From Prolixibacteraceae bacterium (GTDB lineage Bacteria; Bacteroidota; Bacteroidia; Bacteroidales; Prolixibacteraceae): a stretch of 64,000 nucleotides of DNA. The notes below the pieces were generated by a model. The model made no database searches, was not told where the DNA came from, and saw nothing but the letters and a program-made list of their open reading frames with translations. The position numbers and the translations under genes are program-made. Below are positions 45,510 through 56,018 of this stretch, one piece after another (the first letter of the stretch is position 1; each line of letters starts with the position of its first letter). The DNA is taken from positions 4,493 through 68,492 of the forward strand of contig JAIOZY010000020.1 of the NCBI GenBank assembly GCA_021740385.1, in the 5' to 3' direction.

Positions 45510-47030
45510 ATGAAAAAAAAGCCAAGGCTTAGTTTTTTACAAATCTGGAACATGAGTTTCGGGTTTTTGGGCATCCAGTTTGGTTTTGCCCTGCAAAATG
45601 CAAACGTAAGCCGCATTTTTCAAACCCTCGGGGCCGAGATCGACAATTTGGCCATACTGTGGATAGCCGCACCCATTACCGGCCTGATAATACAACCCAT
45701 TATCGGCCATTACAGTGATAAAACCTGGACCCGGCTGGGTCGCCGGAGGCCCTACTTTTTAGCCGGGGCAATATTGGCATCCATTGCATTGTTTATTATG
45801 CCCAACTCACCCGCTTTGTGGATAGCCGCCGGGATGCTATGGATTATGGATGCATCGATCAATATTTCAATGGAACCCTTCAGGGCCTTTGTGGGCGATT
45901 TGTTGCCAAATTCGCAGCGTACAATGGGTTTTGCCATGCAAAGTTTCTTTATTGGTATTGGAGCTGTTGTTGCTTCGGCGTTGCCTTACGTGCTTACCAA
46001 CTGGTTTAACATACCAAACACCGCACCCGAAGGGATGATACCCCCATCGGTAAAATGGGCTTTTTACATTGGTGGCGGTGTTTTTTTCAGTACAGTACTG
46101 GTAACCATTATTACTACCAAAGAATATTCGCCCGAACAACTGGCCGAATTTGACAAAGCCAAAGATAACGCTAAGCAAACTGCCGGTACCCACATGAACG
46201 ACAGTCTGGCGGAAAATGGAGCTTTCATTAAATTGGGGTTGATATTGAGTATTTTGGGGGCTATTCTCACCATTATTACTTTTTATTTCTCGCTCGAAAA
46301 AGAGATGTACATTGTTGGTTTTATTTTGCTTTTTGCCGGCATACTCATGTTTTTTTCGGTGTTCCTGAAAAAAAGGGGATACGAAAAAAATGCCTTGGTT
46401 GAAGTATTTTCTGACTTGCTGAAAATGCCAAAAACAATGCAGCAGCTTGCAATCGTTCAGTTTTTTACATGGATGGCCCTTTTCTCGATGTGGATTTATA
46501 CAACTGCCGGTGTAACAAGCCATATATTAAAAACAACCGATACCATGTCGGTAATTTACAACGAAGGCGCCGATTGGGTTGGCGTACTGTTTGGTATTTA
46601 CAGCGGTGTTGCCGCGCTGGTTGCTTTTCTGTTACCCGTTTTGGCCAAATATACAAGCCGAAAATTTACCCACTTTGTATGTTTAATGCTGGGTGCCGCA
46701 GGGCTTACGTCCATATACCTGTTTAAATCGACCGGGCCGCTGTGGATTCCCATGATTGGTATTGGCATTGCCTGGGCTTCCATTTTATCAATGCCTTATG
46801 CCATTCTTACCGGGTCGCTTCCCGAACATAAAATGGGCATTTACATGGGTATTTTCAACTTCTTTATCGTGATACCGCAAATATTGGCTGCAACCATTCT
46901 GGGCTTTTTGGTTAAAGACGTTTTCGGTAACCAGCCCATTTTCGCGCTTGTATTTGGTGGTTGTTCAATGGCAGTGGCTGCAATTGCAGTGCTGTTCGTA
47001 AAAGATGTTGCAGCCCCTGAAAAACTATAA
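45510..47030 (+). CDS. MFS sugar transporter (SLC45/GPH-like; probable maltose/maltodextrin importer)
   Basis: 12 TM pattern, with the RLGRRRPYFLAG loop typical of SLC45/GPH symporters. First gene of the pgmB-GH65 operon. ATG at 45510. Confidence 0.8.
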   Translation: MKKKPRLSFLQIWNMSFGFLGIQFGFALQNANVSRIFQTLGAEIDNLAILWIAAPITGLIIQPIIGHYSDKTWTRLGRRRPYFLAGAILASIALFIMPNSPALWIAAGMLWIMDASINISMEPFRAFVGDLLPNSQRTMGFAMQSFFIGIGAVVASALPYVLTNWFNIPNTAPEGMIPPSVKWAFYIGGGVFFSTVLVTIITTKEYSPEQLAEFDKAKDNAKQTAGTHMNDSLAENGAFIKLGLILSILGAILTIITFYFSLEKEMYIVGFILLFAGILMFFSVFLKKRGYEKNALVEVFSDLLKMPKTMQQLAIVQFFTWMALFSMWIYTTAGVTSHILKTTDTMSVIYNEGADWVGVLFGIYSGVAALVAFLLPVLAKYTSRKFTHFVCLMLGAAGLTSIYLFKSTGPLWIPMIGIGIAWASILSMPYAILTGSLPEHKMGIYMGIFNFFIVIPQILAATILGFLVKDVFGNQPIFALVFGGCSMAVAAIAVLFVKDVAAPEKL

Positions 47031-47038
47031 TTTTCAAT

Positions 47039-47695
47039 ATGGAAATTGAAGCTTGCATATTCGACCTCGACGGGGTTATTGTTGATACAGCGAAGTACCA
47101 TTACCTGGCATGGAAAGAACTTGCTGCCGGACTGGGTTTTGAATTCACCCGGGCAGATAATGAACGGCTTAAAGGTGTAAGCCGCATGACTTCGCTTAAC
47201 ATCCTGATCGAGATAGGTGGCATTACCCTTAATGATGAACAAAAAGAGAAACTGGCTGCACAAAAAAATGCACAATATGTTTCGTATATCCGCAAAATGT
47301 CGCCGGATGAAATTTTGCCCGGCGTAACAAGGTTTCTTGATGAGTTGAAAGCAGCAGGAATTAAAACCGCTGTTGGTTCGGCCAGTAAAAATACCCCGCT
47401 GATATTGGAACGGCTTAAACTTATCGGCTATTTCGATGCCGTGGTTGATGGCAACAAGGTTTCGAAAGCAAAACCCGATCCGGAAGTATTCCTGAAGGGG
47501 GCTGAAGAATTGGCTGTTCATCCGAAAAACTGTGTGGTATTCGAAGATGCTCCGGCTGGTGTTAAGGCAGCCCTGAACGCCGGCATGGAATGTATTGGAA
47601 TTGGTTTACCGGAAAACCTGCCCGGGGCAAAAAAAGTAATACCGGGCTTTGATAATTTTCAGCTATCCGATTTGAAGAAAATTGTGCATGAATGA
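47039..47695 (+). CDS. pgmB: Beta-phosphoglucomutase (HAD superfamily)
   Basis: DLDGVIVDT nucleophile motif, cap-domain residues and GSASKN. Sits immediately upstream of a GH65 phosphorylase. Confidence 0.85.
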   Translation: MEIEACIFDLDGVIVDTAKYHYLAWKELAAGLGFEFTRADNERLKGVSRMTSLNILIEIGGITLNDEQKEKLAAQKNAQYVSYIRKMSPDEILPGVTRFLDELKAAGIKTAVGSASKNTPLILERLKLIGYFDAVVDGNKVSKAKPDPEVFLKGAEELAVHPKNCVVFEDAPAGVKAALNAGMECIGIGLPENLPGAKKVIPGFDNFQLSDLKKIVHE

Positions 47696-47794
47696 GGGAG
47701 AGATATTGACTTATGGAACAGAAATGACACGTTTTTTACAAATTTCAATAATAGGAAAACAGGAAAAGATCAGAAATAGAAAAGGTTTCATAGT

Positions 47795-50113
47795 ATGAAG
47801 AATTATTTGCTTCACCACGAGTGGAGAATTATAGAGGAAGGATTTCATCCTGAACATAACCGTATGTCGGAAAGTATTTTCAGCCTGGGCAACGGACGTC
47901 AGGGGGGCCGGGGTAACTTTGAAGAGCATTATTCGGGCGATTCGTTGCAGGGTAATTACATTGCCGGCATATATTACCCCGATAAAACACGGGTAGGCTG
48001 GTGGAAAAACGGTTACCCCGAGTATTTTGCCAAAGTGTTAAATGCGGCTAACTGGATCGGAATCGGAATTTCCATCGATGGGGAAGTGCTCGACCTTGCG
48101 AAAATGGAAATCGACTCATTCCGCCGTGAACTGAACATGAAAGAAGGAACACTCAGCCGTACTTTCAGTGCTTTGTTGAAAAATGGAAAAAAAGTGGAAG
48201 TGTCGGCGAAACGTTTTTTGAGCATTGTTCAGCCCGAAATCGGGGTCATCAGGTATACAATTAAACTGTTGAATTCAAATGCAAAAATTGAAGCAACACC
48301 CTTTGTCGATTTCGAGGTGGAGAATGAAGATTCAAACTACGATGAAAAATTTTGGGTGGGTGAATACCTCGAAAACCTTGGCAACGAGGGGTATGTTTCG
48401 GCATACACGAAAAAAACGGAATTTCTGGTCTGCTCCGGGATGAAATTTAATGCAATTACCAATGGGAAGGAACATGTGCTGAATATTACAAACGAATCGC
48501 GTGAAAAGTATATCGAATCGTCATTTTCAATCGGATTAAAAAAGGGCCAGGAACTTACCATTTATAAGTATGGGGTTAACACATCGTCGGAATATTTCAG
48601 AAAAGCAGATTTAACTGCAAAAACTAAAGAGCTGTTAAACGATGCCTTTGAAACGGGTTTCGACAAATTGTATGAAGAACACCGGGCTGCCTGGGAACGA
48701 AAGTGGGAAACCAGCGACATTGTGATTGAAGACGATGTGGCGGCTCAACAAGGTATCCGATTCAATATATTCCAGTTGAACCAAACCTATACCGGCGATG
48801 ATGACCGGCTAAACATAGGGCCCAAAGGCTTCACCGGCGAAAAATATGGAGGTTCGACCTACTGGGACACCGAAGCTTTTTGCCTTCCTTTTTACCTCGC
48901 AACAAGCAATCCCATTGTGGCCAAAAATCTGCTGTTATATCGTTACAAGCATTTGTCTAAAGCGATCGAAAATGCCGGAAAACTTGGCTTTAAAGCAGGG
49001 GCAGCCCTGTATCCAATGGTAACCATGAACGGCGAAGAGTGCCACAATGAATGGGAAATAACGTTTGAAGAGATTCACCGGAACGGGGCCATTGCTTATG
49101 CCATTTCCGACTACATTAACTATACCGGCGACCACGGTTACCTGGCGCCCTATGGAATAGAGGTTCTGTTGGGCATTTCGCGCTTCTGGAGCCAGCGCGT
49201 AAACTGGTCGGACCATAAACAGGCTTTTGTAATGCTTGGCGTTACCGGGCCCAACGAGTATGAAAACAACGTGAACAACAACTGGCATACCAACAACATT
49301 GCCGTTTGGACCCTGAAATATACTCTTGAATCAGTTCAATGGTTAAAACAAAAACATCCCGATGTTTGGCTTGCTGTTAAAGAAAAGACCCGTTTCAACG
49401 AAAAAACCGAAATTGCAAAGTGGAAAGATGTAATTGAAAAAATGTACTTTCCGTGGGATGATGAACGAAAAATAGCCCTGCAGCAGGATGGATTTCTCGA
49501 TAAGGAACTGGAACCGGCGTCAACAATTAATCCGTCGGAAAGGCCCATAAGCCAGCACTGGTCGTGGGACCGTATTTTGCGTTCGCCCTACATTAAACAG
49601 GCCGACGTGTTGCAAAGCCTCTACATGTTCGAGCAAGAGTACGACAAAGCATATATTCGCCGCCACTTCGATTTTTATGAACCACTCACTGTTCACGAAT
49701 CTTCGTTATCGTCGTGCATACATACCATTCTTGCAGCCTCGGTCGGGAAACCCGAAAAAGCCTATGAACTCTACCTGCGCACGGCCCGCCTCGACCTCGA
49801 CGATTACAACAACGACACCTCCGACGGATTGCACATAACCAGTATGGGCGGAACCTGGATGGCCGTGGTTAAAGGCTTTGGCGGAATGCGTGTTATTGAT
49901 AACGCATTGCATTTAAACCCAATCCTTCCCGAAAAATGGGAATCGTATTGTTTCCGGGTTAACTTCCGTGGAAGCCAACTGCAGATTAAAGTCAAATCTG
50001 AAGCCGTTGAAATTACCAACCATTCAAATGGAAATTTATCACTTTTTGTTTCAGGAGAATCTGTAACTTTAGTAAAAAATCAAACATCTGTTATCCAACT
50101 TTCAATCAAATAA
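47795..50113 (+). CDS. GH65 maltose phosphorylase-type glycoside hydrolase
   Basis: 772 aa. N-terminal W.IIEEGF....SESIFSLGNG..G.RGNFEE and the central (alpha/alpha)6 region with HITSMGGTW are typical of GH65. Paired with pgmB. Confidence 0.85.
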   Translation: MKNYLLHHEWRIIEEGFHPEHNRMSESIFSLGNGRQGGRGNFEEHYSGDSLQGNYIAGIYYPDKTRVGWWKNGYPEYFAKVLNAANWIGIGISIDGEVLDLAKMEIDSFRRELNMKEGTLSRTFSALLKNGKKVEVSAKRFLSIVQPEIGVIRYTIKLLNSNAKIEATPFVDFEVENEDSNYDEKFWVGEYLENLGNEGYVSAYTKKTEFLVCSGMKFNAITNGKEHVLNITNESREKYIESSFSIGLKKGQELTIYKYGVNTSSEYFRKADLTAKTKELLNDAFETGFDKLYEEHRAAWERKWETSDIVIEDDVAAQQGIRFNIFQLNQTYTGDDDRLNIGPKGFTGEKYGGSTYWDTEAFCLPFYLATSNPIVAKNLLLYRYKHLSKAIENAGKLGFKAGAALYPMVTMNGEECHNEWEITFEEIHRNGAIAYAISDYINYTGDHGYLAPYGIEVLLGISRFWSQRVNWSDHKQAFVMLGVTGPNEYENNVNNNWHTNNIAVWTLKYTLESVQWLKQKHPDVWLAVKEKTRFNEKTEIAKWKDVIEKMYFPWDDERKIALQQDGFLDKELEPASTINPSERPISQHWSWDRILRSPYIKQADVLQSLYMFEQEYDKAYIRRHFDFYEPLTVHESSLSSCIHTILAASVGKPEKAYELYLRTARLDLDDYNNDTSDGLHITSMGGTWMAVVKGFGGMRVIDNALHLNPILPEKWESYCFRVNFRGSQLQIKVKSEAVEITNHSNGNLSLFVSGESVTLVKNQTSVIQLSIK

Positions 50114-50116
50114 TTT

Positions 50117-51961
50117 ATGAAAAAAATTGTGTCTGTTTTCCTGCTGCTTACCCTGTGTTTTTTTGTGACAAGGGCTGAAGTTAACCGCATTGACCCGCCA
50201 AACTGGTGGACAGGTTTCAACAATAACGAATTGCAGCTTATGGTTTATGGTGACGATATTTCGCACCTGGAACCAATTATTAAACATAAAGGCGTTTCAA
50301 TTCATTCGGTCACCATTCCGCAAAGTGATAATTACCTTTTCATTAACCTCGTTATTAATGCCGATGCCGAGCCGGGTACATTCGAAATTGTTTTTAAACG
50401 AAACAATGAAACCGTCGATGTGTATGCATACGAACTGAAAGACCGTGATAAAAATTCGGCATACCGGGGTAGTTTCGATAACAGCGATGTGTTGTACCTG
50501 CTTTTCCCCGACCGCTTTGCAAACGGCGATCCGTCGAATGACTTGGTTGACGGACTGACAGACAAAGCTGACCGGGATGATCCGTTTGGCCGCCACGGTG
50601 GCGACATCAGGGGGATACTCGACAACCTCGATTATTTGCAGGAACTGGGCGTTACAACCATCTGGACAACACCCCTTCTCGAAGATAACCAGCCACGGGC
50701 TTCGTACCACCATTATGCCACAACCGATTATTACCGGGTCGATCCGCGTTTTGGAACAAACAGCGAGTACAAACAACTGGTGGATGCGTGCCACAACAGG
50801 GGCATGAAGGTAATAATGGACATGATCCCCAACCACTGTGGAAGCGCACATCCCTGGATGGACGACCTTCCTTTCGACGATTGGATAAACGGAGGAACGA
50901 CATACACCCAAACCAATTACCGTATAGCTACAACCAACGATCCCTATGTTTCGGCCAGCGATGCCAACCTGAATTTTAACGGGTGGTTTGTACGTGAAAT
51001 GCCCGACCTGAACCAAAATAACTCGTTTATGCTTACTTACCTGAAACAGTTTGCAATATGGTGGCTCGAATATACCGGGCTCGATGGCATACGGGTTGAC
51101 ACGTATCCTTACAACGACCCGTGGAAAGCCGCCGACTGGACTTATGCCATACGGGAAGAATTTCCGGGATTGAATATTGTTGGCGAATGCTGGCAGCATA
51201 GCCCTGCCGAGGTGGCTTACTGGCAAAGTGGAACGTTAAACCATGATGGTTACGACTCGGGGCTCCCGTCGTTAATGGACTTTGCTTTGCACGATGCCGT
51301 TTCGGTGGCGTTTAACGAAAATGAACAAGGCTGGGACAGGGGCGTAGGCCAATTGTGGAACACGCTTGCGCAAGACTATTTTTATGCCGATCCGTATAAC
51401 CTGGTTACCCTGCTCGAGAACCACGATACCCAGCGTTTCAGCACCCAGGTGGGCAATAACATGGAAAATTACAAACTGGGTTACACCTTCCTGCTTACAA
51501 CGCGCGGAATACCGCAAATATATTACGGCGGGGAAATAATGATGGGGGGCGACAAAGCCAAAGGCGATGGCGATATACGCCGCGAAATGCCCGGGGGCTG
51601 GGCCAACCATCAACGTTCGGTTTTTGACCCGGCACAACGCACCGACTCCGAAAATGAAGTTTTCAACCACATTGCCAAACTAATCCGTTTCAGAAAAGAG
51701 AACCCGGTAATGCAAACCGGCAGCTTACTCCATTTCATTCCTGAAAACAATGTGTACACCTATTTCAGAATGAATGAAGAACAAACAGTAATGGTCATTC
51801 TGAATAACAACCCCGAAGAACAAAACCTCGACCTTTCGCGTTTTGCTGAGGGAATTGGCGCGCATGCTTCTGGAAAAAATGTGCTAACCGGCAATAGTTT
51901 TTCTTTGGCAGGAACACTGACTATTGATGGAAAAACGGCCATGGTACTTGAATTGAAATAA
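50117..51961 (+). CDS. GH13 cyclomaltodextrinase/neopullulanase-type alpha-amylase (SusA-like, periplasmic)
   Basis: Signal peptide, then a cyclomaltodextrinase N-terminal domain (RIDPPNWWTGF). GH13 regions VIMDMIPNH, GIRVDTYPY, VGECW and LLENHDTQR. Confidence 0.85.
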   Translation: MKKIVSVFLLLTLCFFVTRAEVNRIDPPNWWTGFNNNELQLMVYGDDISHLEPIIKHKGVSIHSVTIPQSDNYLFINLVINADAEPGTFEIVFKRNNETVDVYAYELKDRDKNSAYRGSFDNSDVLYLLFPDRFANGDPSNDLVDGLTDKADRDDPFGRHGGDIRGILDNLDYLQELGVTTIWTTPLLEDNQPRASYHHYATTDYYRVDPRFGTNSEYKQLVDACHNRGMKVIMDMIPNHCGSAHPWMDDLPFDDWINGGTTYTQTNYRIATTNDPYVSASDANLNFNGWFVREMPDLNQNNSFMLTYLKQFAIWWLEYTGLDGIRVDTYPYNDPWKAADWTYAIREEFPGLNIVGECWQHSPAEVAYWQSGTLNHDGYDSGLPSLMDFALHDAVSVAFNENEQGWDRGVGQLWNTLAQDYFYADPYNLVTLLENHDTQRFSTQVGNNMENYKLGYTFLLTTRGIPQIYYGGEIMMGGDKAKGDGDIRREMPGGWANHQRSVFDPAQRTDSENEVFNHIAKLIRFRKENPVMQTGSLLHFIPENNVYTYFRMNEEQTVMVILNNNPEEQNLDLSRFAEGIGAHASGKNVLTGNSFSLAGTLTIDGKTAMVLELK

Positions 51962-51967
51962 ATATAC

Positions 51968-52020
51968 ATGAAACGATCCCACCCTGGCGGGAGAAATTCC
52001 ATACGCCAGCTGGCGGACCA
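51968..52020 (+). repeat. Intercistronic module: ATGAAACGA, imperfect hairpin, then class A palindrome CGCCAGCTGGCG followed by GACC
   Basis: ATGAAACGA at 51968-51976; CCCACCCTGGCGGG hairpin; CGCCAGCTGGCG at 52004-52015. The next gene's ATG lies 26 nt after GGCGGA. Confidence 0.8.
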
Positions 52021-52043
52021 ATTGAAATTAAAAATTTAATCGT

Positions 52044-54392
52044 ATGAAACGCTTTACATTCGTTCTGTTCGCGATTCTGGTTTCATTATTTAGCCCGGCC
52101 CAAACCACCCTTTCACAAAATGATGAAACCGGAACAGTTCGCCTTGAGAGCACGGGTGTAGCAATAACCTTTATGGCTTATGCGCCAAACATTATTTGTA
52201 TAACGCATAATGATGATAACCAGATTGTTTCAACCTCTGCAATTGCCCTTGAGCCTGATGGTTCTGGTTTTAAAATTGAAGAAAATAACCGGCACTGGGT
52301 TTTAAAAACCGATTCCCTTTTTCTGATAATTGATAAGAAAAACCTCCACATCGATTTTAAAAACTACCGAAAGCATTCGATTGCTTTACACGAGGGGTTT
52401 TTCAGCGATTCGGTTAATTCAGGGTTTCGTTTTAGTCTTGCTGCAGGCGAAAAAATATTTGGCGGAGGCGAAGGTGCCATTCCGCTTAACCGCAGGGGGT
52501 ACAGGTTAAACCTGAACAATGAGCCTCACTGGGGGTATGGCTGGGGCGAAGAAAACCTGAACTTCTCGGTACCCCATTTTATCTCATCTTCAAATTATTC
52601 GGTTTTCTTTAACAACGGGGCAATCGGTTATGCCGACATTGGCAAATCGAAAAACTCATTGCTTGAAGTTGCTTCAGTAGGTGGGCAAAACCAATATTTC
52701 TTTCTGTACAATACAACACTACAAGATTTACAAAAATCGTTTGCCCGGCTTACAGGCACCCAGCCCATGCCACCACGTTGGGCACTGGGTAACCTGATGA
52801 GCCGTTTTGGTTACCAAACCGAAAAGGAAGCCCGTGAAAAACTCGACAGCATGTTGGATGCCGGATACCCTGTCGATGCCATTATACTCGACCTTTACTG
52901 GTTTGGCCTTGGCCCCGATGGTTGGATGATGGGTGACCTTGACTGGTACAAGCCCAACTGGCCAACACCCGGTAAAATGATCAACGATTTTAAGCAGAAA
53001 GGCGTGAATACCATTCTTATTACAGAGCCCTATGTGCTCGAAACTTCAAAAAATTTTGCTGAAGCTGACAGCCTGGGCTATTTTGCCACCGATTCGACAG
53101 GAAAAACCAACATTGTTGAAGATTTCTTCTTTGGCCGGGCAGGTCTGATTGATCTGTTTAACCCCGATGCCTGCAACTGGTACTGGCAGTTTTATCAAAA
53201 GCAGGTTGAACTGGGCGTTGCCGGATGGTGGGGTGACTTGGGCGAACCTGAAAAATTTCACGACGATTTGACATTTAGCGGATCGATGGGGCCATCGGTA
53301 CGAAACCTTTATGGCCATTACTGGAGCAAAATGCTGTATGACAAGTACAGTAAGTTGTATCCTGACAAACGGCTTTTCCATCTTAACCGTGCTGGTTTTG
53401 CCGGATCTCAGCGATTCGGATCTTATCCATGGTCGGGCGATGTATCGCGCACCTGGGGAGGCTTTATGGCCCAGTTGCCCAACATGCTTTCAATGAGTTT
53501 GTCGAACATTCCATACGCCCATTCCGACCTGGGCGGATTTTGCGCCGAACCCATGAATGAAGAACTGTACCTGCGTTGGCTTCAGTTTGGGGCATTCAAT
53601 CCCGTTTTCAGGCCACACAGCGAAATCGTGCCGTCGGAACCCATCTATTACAGCGACTCAATTCAGCAATTGGTAAAACCATTTTTTGAATTACGGTACA
53701 GGCTTTTACCCTATAATTACACACTGGCCTGGCGGCAGGAACAATTTGGTGAACCACTGGCCTCGCCACTTTTTGTAAAAACGGCGCTGCCAAAAATGAT
53801 GTGGGGCATGTGGGACGAATATTTCTGGGGCGATGCGTTTTTGGTTGCACCCGTCCTCGAGGCCGGACAAAAAGAAAAACAGGTGTTTTTACCACATGGA
53901 ATATGGTTTGACTTTTTTACAGAAAAGCGGTTCCTCGGAAACAGTTTTTTACAGGTTGAAATCACACCCGACCACATACCTGTTTATGTTAAAGCCGGAA
54001 GTTTTATTCCCATGATAGCACCAATACCAAATACATCGGCCTATGACCCTACGCAGATTGAAATCCATTACTATTACGATAAAACTATAAATGGGGCAAA
54101 CTATGCCATGTATGACGACGACGGAGAAACACGCGATGCCTACGGGAAAAATAAATTTGAGCTGATAAATTTTTCTTTTTATGAATCGGAGGGAAAGCTG
54201 ATTTTTACGATTACAAACAATGGAAACGATTACCCCGGCAGGCCTGAAAAACGTGAAATTGAACTGGTGGTACACAACTATCCCGAAAATGTGTTTTCGG
54301 AAGAAATTGAGAAAGTAAACACCACAGGAAGCGTAAAGCTGGAACTGAAGAAAGATGGGTCGGTTAAATTTGAAATCATTAAAATAAAATAA
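52044..54392 (+). CDS. GH31 alpha-glucosidase/alpha-transglucosylase-type enzyme
   Basis: Signal peptide, then DAIILDLYWFG, GWWGDLGEPE and PWSGDV..IPYAHSDLGGF. Confidence 0.85.
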   Translation: MKRFTFVLFAILVSLFSPAQTTLSQNDETGTVRLESTGVAITFMAYAPNIICITHNDDNQIVSTSAIALEPDGSGFKIEENNRHWVLKTDSLFLIIDKKNLHIDFKNYRKHSIALHEGFFSDSVNSGFRFSLAAGEKIFGGGEGAIPLNRRGYRLNLNNEPHWGYGWGEENLNFSVPHFISSSNYSVFFNNGAIGYADIGKSKNSLLEVASVGGQNQYFFLYNTTLQDLQKSFARLTGTQPMPPRWALGNLMSRFGYQTEKEAREKLDSMLDAGYPVDAIILDLYWFGLGPDGWMMGDLDWYKPNWPTPGKMINDFKQKGVNTILITEPYVLETSKNFAEADSLGYFATDSTGKTNIVEDFFFGRAGLIDLFNPDACNWYWQFYQKQVELGVAGWWGDLGEPEKFHDDLTFSGSMGPSVRNLYGHYWSKMLYDKYSKLYPDKRLFHLNRAGFAGSQRFGSYPWSGDVSRTWGGFMAQLPNMLSMSLSNIPYAHSDLGGFCAEPMNEELYLRWLQFGAFNPVFRPHSEIVPSEPIYYSDSIQQLVKPFFELRYRLLPYNYTLAWRQEQFGEPLASPLFVKTALPKMMWGMWDEYFWGDAFLVAPVLEAGQKEKQVFLPHGIWFDFFTEKRFLGNSFLQVEITPDHIPVYVKAGSFIPMIAPIPNTSAYDPTQIEIHYYYDKTINGANYAMYDDDGETRDAYGKNKFELINFSFYESEGKLIFTITNNGNDYPGRPEKREIELVVHNYPENVFSEEIEKVNTTGSVKLELKKDGSVKFEIIKIK

Positions 54393-54394
54393 CA

Positions 54395-55774
54395 ATGAAA
54401 GCAATAACATTAGGGATTTATGTATTGGCTTTATTGGCGCTGGTATCATGCAACCCAAAAGCAAATAAGGATGTTGAGAAGCAAACAACACCCAACCAAT
54501 CGGAGGCATTTTTTCCCGAATGGTCGGACGATGCCGTAATTTATGAAGTTAACGTTCGCCAGTATACACCTCAGGGTACATTCAAGGCATTTCAGCAACA
54601 CCTTCCCCGCTTGAAGGAACTGGGCGTTGAAATCTTATGGTTCATGCCCATTCACCCCATATCGGAAAAGAACCGGAAAGGCACACTGGGATCGTATTAT
54701 GCCGTTCAGGATTACAAAAAAGTGAACCCTGAATTTGGCACCCTCGACGATTTTAAACACCTGGTTGAAGCCTGCCACCAACTGGGTTTTAAGGTATTGC
54801 TCGACTGGGTGGCCAATCACACCGGATGGGACAATGTTTGGATTGAGGAACACCCCGAATGGTACACGACCGATTCTACCGGCACCATTGTTTCGCCGGT
54901 TGCCGATTGGAGTGACGTTGCCGGCCTGAACTACGAAAACAGTGAAATGCGTGCAGCCATGATTGATGCACTGGAATACTGGGTTGAAGAGGCAAATATT
55001 GATGGTTACCGTTGCGATGTAGCCGGTATGGTTCCGGTCGATTTTTGGGAAGATGCCCGTGCTGCCCTCGACAGCATTAAGCCTGTGTTTATGCTGGCTG
55101 AAGACGAAGCTGTAAAAGATTTACTCAACAATGCTTTCAACATGAATTACGGTTGGCATTTCCATCACATCATAAACCAGATTGCAAAAGGTGAAGCCGG
55201 TGTTGCCGAGGTGAAAGATTACTTTGCCGTGGTCGATTCGACCTACCCTTTAGGAAGTTACCCCATGCAATTTACCAGCAACCACGACGAAAACAGTTGG
55301 AACGGAACCGTTTATGATCGCCTCGGCAATGCTGCAAAAACCATGGCCGCCCTTACGTTTACCGTAGCGGGTATGCCCCTTATTTATACCGGACAGGAAA
55401 CCGGAAACACCAAGAGCCTTGAATTTTTCGAAAAGGATGAAGTGGAGTGGGGCGATTCCGAAATGCACGAATTTTATGCAACCCTCATCGATTTGAAGCA
55501 GGAAAACACCGCGCTTTGGAATGGCGAAGCCGGGGCGCCAATTCGTTTTTTGAAAACCACGGGCGAAAGCAGCTTGCTGGCCTTTACCCGCGAAAAAGAT
55601 GAGAACAATGTTGTAGCCCTTTTTAACCTGAGTGCAAACCCGGTTCAGGATACAATTGTTTGTGAAACATTAACGGGAACCTACACCGATGCTTTTAACG
55701 GCAAAGAATGGACGTTTGAAGAATCGAGCCCGGTAAGCCTTAAAGGCTGGGAATATCGGATTTTGGCGGAATAA
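54395..55774 (+). CDS. GH13 alpha-amylase (compact, lipoprotein signal)
   Basis: Lipobox LALVSC. GH13 regions VLLDWVANH, GYRCDVAGM, MLAEDE and FTSNHDEN. Confidence 0.85.
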   Translation: MKAITLGIYVLALLALVSCNPKANKDVEKQTTPNQSEAFFPEWSDDAVIYEVNVRQYTPQGTFKAFQQHLPRLKELGVEILWFMPIHPISEKNRKGTLGSYYAVQDYKKVNPEFGTLDDFKHLVEACHQLGFKVLLDWVANHTGWDNVWIEEHPEWYTTDSTGTIVSPVADWSDVAGLNYENSEMRAAMIDALEYWVEEANIDGYRCDVAGMVPVDFWEDARAALDSIKPVFMLAEDEAVKDLLNNAFNMNYGWHFHHIINQIAKGEAGVAEVKDYFAVVDSTYPLGSYPMQFTSNHDENSWNGTVYDRLGNAAKTMAALTFTVAGMPLIYTGQETGNTKSLEFFEKDEVEWGDSEMHEFYATLIDLKQENTALWNGEAGAPIRFLKTTGESSLLAFTREKDENNVVALFNLSANPVQDTIVCETLTGTYTDAFNGKEWTFEESSPVSLKGWEYRILAE

Positions 55775-56018
55775 TGGCTTTGTCTTATTTTTCAATTTAT
55801 TTACAGTTGGTTTTTTTTGTCTCCCCAATAACTTTTACAAAGTATTACTATTTGCTGAAGGTTTGTTGTATTTTTAGGGTTTGTATTTTTAAACAGGCAA
55901 CCTCATAAATGGAAACAGACTTTATAAAAAGCCCTTCAACCCTATGCTAAAGCCTTATTTGCTAATGAGCAACAGGCAAAAGTGAGATTGGGAGGGCATA
56001 AACAAAATGTAAGCTAAT

